Shown here piece after piece: positions 21,745-36,200 of a DNA stretch of 64,000 bases (position 1 is the stretch's first letter; each line of letters starts with the position of its first letter). The notes below the pieces were generated by a model that saw only the letters and a program-made list of their open reading frames with translations, was not told where the DNA came from and searched no databases. Origin of the DNA: Mesotaenium endlicherianum (lineage: Eukaryota); the NCBI GenBank assembly GCA_009602735.1, contig WELA01002336.1, forward strand, positions 125,853 through 189,852, given 5' to 3'. The translations under genes and the position numbers were made by a program.

Positions 21745-23507
21745 CAGCCTCTGAAGGTCTTGGCAGGCGTTGTGGCATGTATGTAGTGATTGTATTCTTT
21801 AATCTCTAGTTAGTTTTCGGTGGGTATGCAGACCATGCAAGCATAATAAAATGGTCCCCGGCTAGTGTAACAAATAGTGCACTGGCCGAGTGCCTCACCA
21901 AGCATATATGCTAGTTCCTTGTCATAGTACATTTCTCGCAGTGGTAGAAGAGAGGAAATAACACTCCAGGCATAGGGCATCACCACTGCACGTGTTCAGA
22001 GTGTTGAGGGCGTCAATGTGCTACTCGATGTGTGAAACACGCAGCATGCTTGTTGCCTAAGCTGATAACGCGGAAGTTTGTTTCTAACTAGACCATGCAG
22101 GCAGATGTCCGCAGGTGTCTGTGTGTGTCTATATGTGGTTGTGCGTGTGCGAGTTTTTCTGGTGAGTGAAGGGAGCTGCCAGATGCCATGTTTGTAGGTA
22201 AAACTGCAGTAGAAGTTTAGCAGGAAGGAGATGAACGAGGCAGTCGATTGCAAAAGGCAGGAAGAGGAGAGCATATGCCCCTCAGTTCTGCTTGTTGCGT
22301 TGAGCGAGTACACTAACATAAAGGCTGGTATTATCTGCTCACTTGCAAAGACATGTGTCACTGTTCTGAGTATCCAAGAAAACAGTGTTCTCGGTTTGTT
22401 ATCTCCATTTTTCCTTCCCTTTTTGAAAAAGCTGCTCGTTTCCAGCCAGTTGCATTGCGTGCTCAAAGGTCTCTTGCTGTCTTCCGAGTCGGAGAAGGGC
22501 TGATGCACCAAAAGCCGTTTGCTTCTTCATTTATCCTGGTCTGTGTCCACTTTGAGGTTCGTATGTTTGCGTCAGCAACTGTGTTACGGGAGAATATAGA
22601 GCCAAACAGAAAAGCCCTGAAAAACTTGTGTTGTCCACTCAATTTCATCAAACATCATGTGAAGTAAAGCTTTGCTATGACAGTCGATGTGGCTGCTAGG
22701 TAGGTGCCTATGCAAGTCACCTGCAGATGACGCCTACAATACGTGTACGACAGGAGATCTTGAAAGACGTGGTGGAGACACGTGATGCACCAACAGGACT
22801 GTGCACAGCCCGGGGGGACTCTACCAGGAGGGGGCTCTGCCAAAGGAGGGGCTTCAATTGGCAGCTAGCCGCAATTGTTGTGGTGACACTTTTCTGAATC
22901 TTCCCTGTGAGATCATGGGGCCCACATCTTGCAGGGGACCCCTTTGCCACAGGCAGATATGCACCTGCCAATCCAGAGCACTCGCAGCACCTCCAGGGGC
23001 GTGGGTCATTCACTAGAGACCGGCACATCAGCTTTCTCCTACGAGCAGCACATGCATGCACCCGCGCCTTGCAGACCCACAGGCCGGCTGGCTTGGGACT
23101 GCCAGCTCTTGGAGGCCGCACAAGTCCAGGAGCCTGACATGTGTGCGCTCAGACGCCTCTCCTTCTCACAGTGGCATCGAGCTAGCTCCTGAAGGTGCTG
23201 GCTGGCGGGATACTAAACCCGAAAACCCCTCCTCGCTGTAGAGCTTCACAAAAGGAGGGAAGGAGGGAGGGAGGGAGGCTTTGCTGGACCGCATGCACCT
23301 CCTCTGTTACAGTAGCAGCCCGGGTAGACCTCAGGCTCTGATCTTACTGACATGCATTCAGACAGGAAGGTAAGGGGGGGGGCAGTCAGGCTGTAGTCAT
23401 TGGGGACACAGTGTGCGACATCTGGCCATGCCTTGCTGGCAGACCTGGATGGGAGGAGCTTGCTCATCTCCAGACAGCTAGCTGGACACTGTTTGATAGG
23501 ACCAGCC

Positions 23508-23508
<1 letters not shown>

Positions 23509-23564
<56 letters not shown>

Positions 23565-23591
23565 NTCTCTCTCTCTCTCTCTCTCTCTCTC
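23509..23591. repeat. (CT)n microsatellite
   Basis: Near-perfect CT run. Confidence 0.95.
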
Positions 23592-25791
23592 CAGCCTCAC
23601 CGTGATTGATATGCTCCCGCTGCTCCCTGGGCTCACACCTGTCCACCTTGAGCCTCTGAAGCGGTGCTGCAGCGCTGGGTCCAGTCCTCTGGCCTTACAA
23701 AACTCTGCAAATCAGAGTAGTCGACTGCCTGCAACTTGCCAACCTGGCGGGCGCTCTTGCTGACTTGGCAGCACGTGCAACTGTGAGCTCCCCAAGGCTC
23801 GCACTCGAAGGCCGGCACCCGTGGACAGCTTGACCAACTAAATAAGGGAGGAGGAGGCCATCTTCAACTTCTCACGCACGCAGAAGCTGCACCTCTGCTG
23901 CAGGAGGCTCCCTCCTACTGCTGCATGAGCTCGCGGGCACGCGCCCCTTTTCCTTCAGGAGTGTCAAGCTGGTGGTTGATGTCACCAAGCCTGTGATGCC
24001 CCCCCGGGAGAGGCGTGCCTTGCTGAACTATCACGCCCCGCCCCCCCGCCCCGCCCTTGGTTTCCTCTCTGGGCCTCAAGCGTGGCCAGACAGCTCTTGC
24101 GGGACTTGAGACGGGACAGGTCATGGTTAGGCAGGGAATTTAGAGTGGATTGCTGCCAGCTAAGGTTCGAGGACATCCTCCATTGACTGCTCTTTCTTGG
24201 AAGTACACAACGGCAGCTACATGGGTAGGGCGTGGACTGACATGCAGGTGCCACCTGGCCCACGCTAATTTAAACTAGTGGGGTTTACCTTCAGTGCATG
24301 TAGCTTGCGGGTGCATACATCTGGAGCATGGAGTAGAATACAGGTGTAACTGTCTCGGAAGTGTAAGATGCACGTTTCCATGTGCGCTGATTGCTGCAAT
24401 TCTTTGGAGAACTGACAAAGTTGTTCTATTATAAGCTTTGTCGATCTGAGGCATTGCAACAGGTGTAATTGCAGTCGAGTCTGTTGAGCACACTTTCTTA
24501 AAGGCTTTAGAGAAGACAACAGTCTTAAAGGCAGGCGTGTGAGCTTGGCCCTCATCTGTCAGCTTGGACCCCATCAGACTGCGCCTGCCATGGTGAAGCT
24601 ACAAGTGAACAATACACCCATCACTCATGTAGCGTCAGCAGAGACACTTGAGCCTACCTCTGGACGTGGTTCTGATGGCATATAGATGAATGTCGAAGTG
24701 CACACACATTATCAGGCACCTACTTGCTGAGGACTTCTGACAGTGCAATGGTTCCTATAAATTGATTGCAATTGTGTTGCATCTTTAATCATTCAGCACT
24801 TCTTGTGTGATTGCTGCAACCCATATGCTTCCTGAACTGACTTCCACTAGGTACATTGTGAATGGAGAAAACTAGCTGATCGGCTTCACGATTGCTCTGT
24901 GACGTAACGACAAGAGAACCCTGGTGTATGCATGCATCCATTTCCACGCTTTCAGTTTGTGAGCTGGATGAGCACTCCATCGCAAGCAGCCCGGGTGCAG
25001 GTTCTTGCGCACAAACTAGGTGTGCAGGTGCATTGATGAAACATGTGGGGATATTTCCATCACAAGCTTGTCAACTTGAGGTTCCTGCCAGTGCAGCGCT
25101 GGGGAAACAAGAATTTATGAACACATACCATGCACCATTGTCATTGTGACTTTATTAGCATAGATGCATTTTCATTCATCATGTGCTCGGAACAACTGGA
25201 ACTGGAGGAAGTTCGTATTAAGAGCTAGTACGGAAAGGAAAATAGGTCTACTCCTAAGGGTGGGCCTTGGGACCGAGTCAAGGCATCATATTCAAGTGAA
25301 GGACGCTGCATGCATCTCTTAGTTCTGCTGCAACTTGCTGCAAGCCAGAGTCTCCTACACACCATCGCCGATGATGCTATCTAAAGCGGATATTAATTCT
25401 GGCCATTATAGTCAACGTGAAAGTTTGTCATCTACCTATGTTTCCTGCTGTGTTTGCACATGCTTGTGACTAGTTGCTAGAGCAACAAAAAGTCGTGTAC
25501 GACATGACCGAGTTGTGAAACAATCTACGGTTCTGTTGCAATGCTCGATACGCATGACTATGATCAAGTAGAAGGAAGGTCTGACATGCCTGCTCGGGGC
25601 TTGACCCAAGCATGGGCGGGAATAAGCTATTCCCTCTGTCACAAATCAACACAGTAGAGTCAGTCCCATCTCACAAGTCCGACGCACAAAAAAGTCATCT
25701 TGCTCTTTCTACACGTTCGCTGAGCTTGTACTTGCTCCCATTGTATCAAAAGCAGGCTACCATGTCACTGGCACAGGGCAAGAGGAGGCCA

Positions 25792-28700
25792 TTAGTTCTG
25801 GTTGGCCAGGAACGCAACAACTGGCACCGAGTCGAGAGGCTCCCAGGTGCGGCCCTCGCGGCCCCTCCACTTCACCACGTGGTACTGCGTGCCGTTGATG
25901 GACTGCACCCCATGCACGGCCTCTACCTCCATCTCCTCCTCCATCTCCTCCTCCTCTGCAGCGCCACGTCCAAACTCCACAAGCACTGGGCCCCGCACCG
26001 CTGGCCCCACTGCCGGCGCCGCTGTTGAAGTCGCGGCAGCAACGACTGCGGCGGCAGCAATGGTAGCGGCTGAGCCCAGAGAGGGCTTCTCCTGCGCCTG
26101 CTGTGTGGCAACGCCCGCGCCGGCTGCAGCTTCAACCTCGTCGTCATCGTCATTGTCATCACCGAATCTGACGTGAGTGCCCTTGGGCGTGGGCAGGCCT
26201 GCAAGCTTGGCCGGCAGCGCCGCCCGAGAGGAGGAGGGCGAGGCGGGGCCAGCAGCAGCTACGGCAGCGGCGTCCTTCTTGCCGCCAGCTGGCGCGACGA
26301 CCTCGCACTCGCCGTCGCTGTCGTCCCCAAACCGCGTGTGCACACCAGCTGGCGACGGCAGGCCCCTCAGGGGGCCGCCTACGCGCATGCTGTCGAGCTC
26401 TGCGCAGAGCTCGTTGCATTCGCCCTGCGCCAGCTGGCGGTGGTCGTAAACACCCTCGCCCTCCAGAGCATCGTAGCCGCCATCGTCCTCCTGGTCGTCG
26501 TAATAGAGGGACTCGTCGTTGTCCAAGCCCCAGGCCTCCTCGTCCTCAGCCTCGCTGTAGTCCTCCTCGCCCCTCGCCCATCCCAACCTGCAGAAGAAGA
26601 ACAAAAGAAAGAACAGAATCAGCAGCAGGGGTTGCATCGGCACTAAGGAAAGGAGCACAGGGAGAGTATGAAGCTGGGTATAATATCTCCGGAAGGTATG
26701 GAAGGAGCTTAATGAGTCACTGATGCACTCTCTATCTGTTGTGCAAATGTGCGCTTGTAACACCAGCATCATGTGCAAGGAAAGGCAGCCAAATCATCAC
26801 ACTGTACACGCGAGGCAAGAAGAAGAGACCAGTGTTCATCCTCCTCATCAGGGGGGCCTTCCCTGTGCTGCACGCATGCCCCAAGCTGTGCCAGCCGTCG
26901 CCCTCCCCCCCACCAGAAAGGAACCACCACCTATGTCCTGAGCGCTTAGGAGAGGAAGGACGTGACTGGCATACCTCTTGTTGAGAGGAGAGTCGCCCAA
27001 CTTCTGATGGGGACTGCCGGAGGCAGCTGCCAGCTGGTCGCTCCCCATGCCAGCAGATGCATCTTCCTGCCACCTGCCCCTGCTGCTCTCGTCGTCGTCG
27101 GCCGCCAGCTGCTGCCTCAGGCCGGCGCCAGCTGGCGTGGCAATGTGAACATCCATGGACCACTGGGACGCCGCAGGGGACGGGGGGTACCCCATCCTGC
27201 CGCCCTCATTCTCGTCCTCTTCTGCTGCCGGCTGGGTGGCATCTGCCATTACCATTGTCATCGTGGCGTCTGCTGACATGTCGTTGGGGGAGGGGACCAC
27301 GATGGTGGAGCGTGGCCACCGGTTGGGCACGTCAGCGACGGGCGAAGCCTCATCAGCGGCAGCCGCAGCATCCTGCTCCAGCGCCAGCTGGCGCTTGCTG
27401 TCAGGAGACCCAAAGTTGAGCGCTCGCGTGACCTCCAGGGCTTCCATGTTGGCTGCCACAATGGTGGCCGCCTGGAGACACGACAGGAGGGAGGAGCAGC
27501 ACAGAGAAGGGAGTGGAGGAGCATTCAGCACAGCTGCTACCGATGGAGTACTTACAACAAGCCAGTAGTTGCAGGTGCAGCTCTGTAGAAGCAGCAGATA
27601 GAGAAACTGTTTCTGAGAGGGTCTTTCTCACAACCTAATTCCCCAGACCCAAGTGGTGCCAAGCTTTGGAATGGAGAGGGTGCTTCCTCGCAACAACCGG
27701 CAATGATGTTGCCGACAGATAAGAACCACAGGGGGGAGCGGAGGTTTGGGGTACCCCAGAGAGAGAAGAGAGAGAGGGGGGGGGGGGCATCCACTGGTCA
27801 GGCCTCACGTCTGAAAGCACGTCCGACCCAACAGACCCTCCTATTAAGACCAGCTTTCGCACTGCTCGCAGGCAGGTCTACGTGCCTTGCATGGGGACAG
27901 AGTGAGTGGAGGCAGAGAGAGGGAAGGAGGGTTACACAGATACACAGGAGGAAGGGTTGCTGCTGCTGCTGGAAGAAGTGGGTACCTGCTTAAGGAGGGC
28001 GGCATTCTTGTCCTCTCCTCTGTCAGCTGGCACCCTCAGCTTCTCGATTTCTGTCTTGCCCACTGGCCTCCCGACAGGTGTCGCCACCAGGACCTTCTCC
28101 AGCTCAAAGTCCAGCTTCTGGTTGTTGGCCGGCAGAGGGCGGCCGCTGGAGCCGCCCAGGCGGCTCGGTGTGTGAGCCTTCACTTGAGGGAGGGGGGACC
28201 GCCTGCCACGGGGGGGGCGCTTGGTGGCGCTCTTCTCTGCCAGGCTGGCAAAGTCAGCTGGCGTGTTGGCAGGTGTGGGCGCGAGGAGGTTCGCTGGAGA
28301 TAGGCAGTAGTTGGTAGCATTGGCCATGTCTGTGAGCTGCTGCTGCTGCGCCAACGCATCGGTTGCGGCTGCTGAGGTTGCAGCTGCTGCTGACTTGGGT
28401 GGCGACACCTGGCAGGCCGTTGTCGTCGTCACTGTGCTGCTGCTAGTGGTGGTTGTGGTGGTTGTGGTCATGGCAACGGCCACACCTGTCCCGGTCGTGG
28501 CTGTTGCCGGCTGCGGCTCCTCCTCCTCCTCAGAGAGGACAGAAAGCATCTCTGCCTCTGCCAGTACGTGCATGCTAGCAGAAGAGGGCCGCAGAACAGG
28601 TGTCCTCTCCATGTGGCTCGTCACGCTCTGGCCTAGAAGAGCGCTGACCTGGGCTCTCAGGACGTCCTCGCCCACGTGTGGCTGTTGGGGGCTGTCGTGG

Positions 28701-29517
28701 CAGTTGCCGTAGGCGGCCTCCACCGGGCGCTTGGGGGCCTGCTCGGGGGTGCCAGCTGGCTGCTTCTTGACGGAGGCGAGCTCTTGCAGCAGCATGAGGC
28801 CGACGACTGGCGACTCGTTGGTGACGTCGCACAGAATGCCGCGCTTGCTCTTCTTCAAGTCTGGCTTCTTCATCGACTGGGGAGTCTTGGCATCTGCGGG
28901 CACCACAGCCATGCCAGTGAGGGTTGGAGAGGCACTTGAGAATTGGAGATAGCTTGCTCAAAGAGCTGGGGTGCATACGGAGGGTCTATTACTGAGGCAA
29001 ATTATACAATTGAATACACATGAATATGCATATGACATGTGAAAAGGAAGGCAGGCTGATGTATTGCAAACAACAAGTAGGGCCAAGTTCTTGTAAGAAA
29101 CAGCCACACCCCCTCTCTGAGCTTGTCCTAATTGGGCCCCATCTGTCCCCTGGGGTGCTCCTTTTGAAGGAAACAACCCCCCTTTCAAACCCCTAGCAAA
29201 GCTAACACCCTTGCAGCAATATCAAAGTTTGACGAGACAGAGGCATCAAACATCCATCGCATTGGCGACTAGAGCCTGTGCAGGGAGAGTAAGATGACTG
29301 CGTTGCTGGTCAAGTGGACTAAATTCCAAATCTGCAGAACTGTGCCTCCAGTAGCATCCTACTTGCCCCCAGCTGCCCCCAAGACCCGGAAACGAAATTC
29401 GAAAAGGTAAAAAAGTGCTTCTCCCTTGAAGCAACACCTTCAATCATTTGCTTGCAGCTTGCTCTAGAAGAAATTACCTAATGGTGAGCATGCTCTCGCT
29501 CTGCTCCTTGTCATCAT
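25792..29517 (-). CDS. At5g66230-like disordered protein (often mis-labelled chalcone-flavanone isomerase family) with C-terminal chromodomain-like module
   Basis: Exons 29478-29517 (MMTRSRARACSPL), probably one starting ~29331, 27986-~28950, 26975-27471 and 25792-26587. Motifs recalled from this plant family, in order: RGILCDVTNESPVVGL, GEDVLRAQVSALL, SPANLLAPTPANTP, SQWSMDV, ELCAELDSMRV, GVHTRF, LAGLPTPKGTHVRF. Ends with EVEAVHG...YHVVKWRGREGRTWEP. Confidence 0.75.
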
Positions 29518-32244
29518 GCTAGCGGATCCAGGTGTCTCCATCTTTGCTGTTTTTGTTACGAGATCTGCACGTATCCACAACACAGAGAGCATAAATTAGA
29601 AAACTTAGATTAAAGACAATCCCGCCTGACAGCTGCAGACCATTTATAAAATCTGAACTACTAGTTTCCTTCCTCCTCTCAACTCAGCTCCGATGCTTTC
29701 TAGATATAGGCTTCTACTGCAAACAGCCTATGTACATGCCAGGAAACCTCAAAGAAAGCTCAAGCTGATTCAAGAAGGGAGTTGGGCTATGCAGAAGCTT
29801 GAACGTACCGTAGTAGCGGTGGTTGAGAGATCGTGTTTGTCTCGACGTGAAGAATTTGCACTAGGTCTTGCTAAAGAAGCTGAAGGGCAAAAGATCAAAG
29901 CTGAGGGTAGACTTGACTGACGCTAAAATGCTGGGTGCATGGAACCAAGCAATTCTGCTCTCTAAGAGGAAATGACTATGAGGATAGTGTACGAGCTTAC
30001 CGTTGACGAGCTATGAAGCGATGAGCAATGTACATGCCATAGGAGATTGCTGAGCCCATGGAGAGCTTATAAGTGCAAGGTATCCAACGGAAAGCTTCAA
30101 TGCGCCTGAAGAAGGAGGACGGGGATGACAACCTTGCACGGTAGTCAACGGATGGCCAGATTGACGGAGCGCCATCGATTCAAGATATCGCACCTCAAAT
30201 AAAGCCGTTTGAGAAATACAAACCAGGCGGAACCTCGCAAAGGACTGACAAAATAAGCGTTACCGGCACGAGTCTCGAAGTGCCGGGATGCATGCAGCTT
30301 CCGCTTCTGTTTGAACGGGCATTTCTGGGCATTTCGATGATCTGTCACCAAGCCAAATTTCAGATTGGACATTTACACGTTAGCGACATTCGCCTTCTCT
30401 TCCAACACGCGCTCGTCGACATGTTTATATGTACACATGTAAGGATTTCATCGGTACGTGCATCGTTGTTCGCTTTTGATGCGAAACAAGTACATACTTC
30501 ATATATTGCAAACTAATGTGATGTATAAAACTGATTTGCCTCATGTTTTATGTAGAGTAGGTTGGGAGCAATAAGTACTTTGTGTCTAAAATCCTCAACT
30601 TTCTCACAAATTAAGTACCCCAAGTACATACCTCATAGCCACCCAAGATTTGGGAGATACGTAATGCATCCATGAGAACTAAGGGACACTTCATCTACAA
30701 CATGTTACTTACAAGCACGTTAGTACTCATAAACAATGAATAGGCGCAACACGAACTCTCCCGATAGTGCTAAGTACTTTGTTATGGTGCATTGAATGAT
30801 GAAGGGTTTGAGTTGTTCATTTACGTGGCGATTTGTGTCAATACGAGGTCGAGTCAAATTTTGTGTCAGCTTTGTTTCAATACATTTCTCATGTCAAAAC
30901 TTTTACGACGTTGAGATATTAGGCATGAGCTTACTACATGTTCTCTAGTGCCAAAGAGAACGACTTTGAGGTGACAACTTAACATTTATTGTTTTAAACA
31001 ACAAACCATTAGTAGAACTACGTAAGAATGTCATTGTCATTGTCTTTACTAGGAGTAGCTGAAGGTTACAAAACAATATGTGGTTGCCCTTTTGTCATTA
31101 TCTAGGAAAGTTAGGGATATGATTTATGATAGCATGTAATAATGAAGTCTTCTTTGTGTATTTGAGGACTTTCTCACATATTTCAAAGTGTCATTTATTG
31201 CGCAGAAAAGACTTTATATTATCCATCATGAAAGAGATTGGCCCTCATAACTTGAGCATTTCATGTTCATTCCGTAGGACGACCAGTCGATTAATTTGAG
31301 AAACAACATCACATTGTATTGGTCAAAAATTATTATATCATCTTGTGGTATACGTAATGTGCATTTAATAGCTGTCTAACTAATATTGCAGAACACATCA
31401 TAAATTGACAAGCTAAGACAAGTAGTTTCAAGAAAGTAGTTGCAACTGCCAACATTTATGTAAGACAACATTTAACATGAGCTTTTTCGACAAGACGTTC
31501 TAGTAAGATGTCAGGTCAAATCGATAACAAGATGGTCATCAATGCCATCAACTGCAATCTTCATACGTGTACAAGTGTATCCTTGAGGCATCCACATTAT
31601 ATGATGCAAGTTTGAATCATGGCCTTTACTTTGATGCCGTGATATATATCAAGAAGGTACTCCTATGATGACACACAATGCAGATTTGAAGACAAACTGA
31701 CACTAATGACCCATTTGCAAGAGTACAATCAATATACAACAAACATTTCTATTAGTGTTTGCTAGTAATGTAGCCAAGCAATTTCATGAATATCATGCTA
31801 CGACAAGGCTCCCAGTCAAATATGAAGCACGACAACAAAGAGAAAAATGCACTACTAGATACAACGATCATGACCAAGTTCCCATCTTTATTGGGAACAT
31901 ATCAATTCTCTGGTGAGGCATTGCACAACATAGGTTGTGCAATCTAGGAACAAAGTTGTTGCATCCTACAAATAATAATCGAAAGAAGATGACCACCTAC
32001 AACTCAATAAAAAATCTGTCCATGATATATATTTTCTCAGGCTGATAACTGCCACTCGCGTAATATCCAACTCATTTTAATACCATATGCCTTCCTTCTA
32101 GAGATGTGTAGGCTAGGTTCATAAGCAAACTGCACGGGAATGTAGGCCTAATATGACCCCTCAATCATCCTAGCGGATCGGTCGCCTTAACAACATATAA
32201 TACACATGTGTGCCTAGAGTACTGCACTTTGATCACCAACTCAC

Positions 32245-33226
32245 CTACTTACGATTTTCTCTCTGATATAAAACTAGACAAAGAAATGCAGCAATTCTTG
32301 CTACAAAGCCATACAAAAGTAGAGCGGCTATACACCACCCAAAGTTTCCAATGTCATAACCAAAATCTTGCAATATTGTACAACGCGTGGGCAGCCATAC
32401 ACCCACATATCTGCACATGCAACCGCACGAAAATGTAGCAAAGAGTGTTGGTTCAAGCACAAAGTCCTAAGCATTTCACGAGAGAAACAAGAATAGAAAA
32501 AGAAAAATCAGGAGCTAAATCGATTGACAGATGACCCACCGCAAACTTCCCACAATAATGCCCTCAAATTAGCAGAAGGGCGCCAACGGCAGCAGGCATC
32601 TCATATCGTCTCAATCGCAATCCAGAAGATGTGCACAAGAAGATGAAGAAACTACTCTCTCACCACAATAATCTGAAGATGCAACAGGGAAGCTAAGCTG
32701 CGAGTGCGCTTCTCACAAGGCAAGGAAGGTGAGAGGTTGCATGCACACGTGAACTCGAGATGACACACCTCTTTGCGTTGGTGACGGTGTAGGCTTCCAG
32801 GGCCCAGCGAGAGTAACTGAGATTGTACAGAACCTTCGTAACTCCTCCGGGGTCCTTCCTCGTCGCAACAAGCACGGACAGCAGGCAGAGAGCGGTCGCA
32901 CCCTGCCAAGCAAGAGAGGGAGTGGGAGGGAAAGTGCTGAGAGAGAGCCAGCTGGCACAAAGTTGCTCCATGGCTAGGCCCGGCAAGGCCAGGCATTGAT
33001 GCCGTGTCAACAGAACAGAAGACGGGGGGCAGCGAGCACATTTTGGAGAGAGAGGGTCTGCTGCAAGCAGTTGAGCAAGAGCCAGCAGCAGCACCACCGC
33101 CACCGCCAGCAGCGGCACCAGCAGCAGCACAATTGGTGGGTACTTGTAACCTGCGAACTTTTGCTTCAATCGGGTATATGTGCTTGAAGAAACTCGGGCG
33201 CGCGAGGGGGGGGGGGGNNNNNNNNN

Positions 33227-33272
<46 letters not shown>

Positions 33273-36200
33273 TTTGAAACAGCGGCAGCAATACGCGTCT
33301 CTGCAGGCCAAATGGGAGAACGAAATGCGCACATCCTTGCATTAGGTCACTGGACGCAGCCGGGCCAGTGGCGCAAGAGCCAGGGGGCCATCGCATGGAG
33401 TTGTGGAGGGGGAGGCACTGGAAGGCTTGCCTGAGACTTCTTTGTGGAGGCCACGTCTAGAGCCCGACCAAAGGACACAACAGGGAGCAACGGCCATGGG
33501 GCCGTGCCGGCGCCAAGAGTCGGCTAAAACTTGGAGGCGTGTGCACTTAATTGATGCAGGCAGAAGGTGGGGCAGGAAGAGACCCTAAGGGTGATAAGTC
33601 TGAGAGGGAGGTTAGATTTATTTGCGGGGGGGCTGTTGGGATTGCAGGGAGAGGGCAAAGGCGAGGAGGTATAGGAAGAGGAAAGAGAGAGGGAGAAGCC
33701 GGCTTACCAGCTGCGCCCGGACAGGTGTCGCCACGGCGATGCCGAAAACGTAGGCGATGCCCGTGAGGCAGAAGGCAAGTGCCAGCGTGGCGGCGTAGGC
33801 GGCAAGGAAGGGTGAGGGCGGGCTGTTGAAGGAGTAGAAGAGCGCAAGGAACACCAGCGGCTTCCACAGCACGTCCAGCAGGCGGACGCAGTCGCGCGCG
33901 CAGAAGACGGCCGCGGGACTTAACCCCCACGCGCACTCGCGCCACAGCTGCGGCTTGCCCTCCGCGAAGCTCCGCGCGGCGGGCAGGCTCATCAGGAGGC
34001 CTGCCACACCGGGAGGGAGAGGTGGGAGGGAAGGAGGGAGGAGAGAGGGGGAGAGAGAGGAGGGGAAGGGAGCAAAGGAGGCAAGAAAGGAGGAAGTGAG
34101 GGGGGAAGAAGAGACGGATGGAGGAAGGGAAAGAGAGGGGGAGGGGGAGGGAGGGGGGGAGGGGGGGGAGGGGGAAAATGAGGGAGGGAGAAAGGGGCTT
34201 GACAATACATGCGGCACGCCCATGGTCCAAGAACTGCCACCATTATGGTCCAAACAATTGTGTAGAGTTCTGCAGTATGTTTCTCGATTCCTGAATCTGT
34301 TGTGCTCTGTTTTTGAGGAAGAATGGGCCAAGGTATTGAATACTTGTGCTACTTTGGAAAAGTGTGCAATTACAGCCCTGGATGCGGGAGGGGGTTATCA
34401 TGCCACATGGAAGCACCAAACGGAAGCCCATCTCCCGCCCAACTAGGCTGGGCCACGTCAGGGGGTGGCATCATAGGGGAGGCATCTGCCAGTTGGCAAA
34501 AATATGAACGACGGGGCTATCAACCTGAGGCTTGACGAGCACCTCCAGTTGACCACACGACACCTAGCACGCCAATCCCATCACTCCACTAGCAGCTGGG
34601 CTTGGAGGTGCCGTGCTGTGCTGGCGACCGCGCCCGTCTGGCAGGCAGCATGGTATGGGGGTAATGCGCCGGCCACGAGCCTTGACCCCTGACTAACGAC
34701 TACTGGCCGCAAACTTCTGGACCCCGAGCTGTGCACGCTGTGCTGCGCTGCGCTGCACAGTTGACGCGTAATGATCGGCACTTCACCTCCCGACAACTGA
34801 CATTTCGCCTCTGCCCTCTGCCCTCTGCCCTCTGCCCTCTGCTCTCTGCCCTTGCCCTGCAATCCCTCTACCGTCCGACCTCGGACGCCTGACGTCGGAC
34901 ACCTGGCCCCGTAGGTCCCGCTGCCGGGCAAGAGGCCAGCTGTCCTGACTGTGCCGTGTGGTGCTGTGGCGGTGCTGGGGGGGCAACTGGCTGAGTGTCA
35001 AGACCGAGACGCACGCGTACCCATGGCAAGGCAGATGTTGCTGTAGGCCTCGCGGCCGCCCAGCTGATCGGCGGGGGACGACGAGAGGAACCCGACGGCA
35101 GCGCCCGCCACCATGAGGACGATGTACTCCCACGCCTTCTGCTTGCTGCTCCTCACGCCCGCCTTGCAGATCCTGCGGCCAGAAAGGCAGACAGGCAGGT
35201 AGGCAGGTGGGCAGGCAGGCCGGCACACGGGGGCGCACGGACGTGTCACGTGTTTGCTTTCATGTGTGCATGCATCCGCGCACACACACGAGAAGGCCCG
35301 ACAATAAGCAGACATGTGCACAGAATTGGACATGCGCCACACGGGCTGTGCGCGCGCACACACACATACACAACTTAAATGTACGTATGCATGGACTCTC
35401 AAATGCAAAGGATACAGGTGTGCTGCCGCACCGGATGCTTGCTGCCCTAGGCACACACACGCCTAGCACGTCACCCACAGGGAAGGGGCACAATAAGGGG
35501 TTCACAGCCATATGTGTCACCATCCTGAAACTTCCAGTACGCAAAGCACCACACACAGGTGCACGCACATGCTGCATCATCAACAAGATTTACAGCCAAC
35601 AAGTATGCAGAGCACCAGCCACCAAAACAGCAACCCACGACCTCACAAGGTCCGGCACTCAAGGGAGGGGCTTGACGTGGGGCGAAAAGGGAGGTCACCG
35701 GGGAGGGGGGGGAGGGGGGGAGAGGAAACGGGGGGGCATGGAGCTGCTAGCTGGAATGGGATGCAAAAGTACCTGAGGACCATGAGGTGGAACTGGTGCA
35801 AGACCCCGGGCGTCTGCCGCATGGACAGATCGCGCGGCCGCGCCAGCACCTTCCGCAGGAACGCCCGCTTGCGCTCCGCAGACTGCCGGGCGGCCTGGAC
35901 AGGCGCAGCCAGCCAGCGCAGCAGGGACGCCGCGCAGCCTGCCGCCGCTGCTCCTGCTGGTTCCGGCCACACCTCTTCCCCCAGGTCCCCGAAAGTAGCA
36001 CCTCGAGCGCCAGCGCCCGCGCGGCTGCTGCTGCTGCTGCCGCTGCTGGTGGCTCCCTTCCTGCCCCCAGTTCTCGCCCCAGCCCCTGCCCCAGCTCTGG
36101 CTCCGGCTCCGCTCCTGCCACCATCCCCACTGCCTGCAGAGATGCTGTCGGGGAAGCCGGGAATGTGCCCTATGTGCACTGCCACCGCCTCATTGCTATT

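Noticed and set aside
23215..23260. CCTCCTCGCTG, identical to the HDV ribozyme L3 region
   Set aside because: Flanks do not form P3 (ccc/gta), and P1, P1.1 and P2 partners were not found.
23590..24560. Possible exon-like fragments
   Set aside because: No recognisable homology or consistent splice chain.
30500..32000. AT-rich stretch suspected to be transposon debris (also 9650-11000)
   Set aside because: No termini, TSD or transposase motif could be identified by eye.
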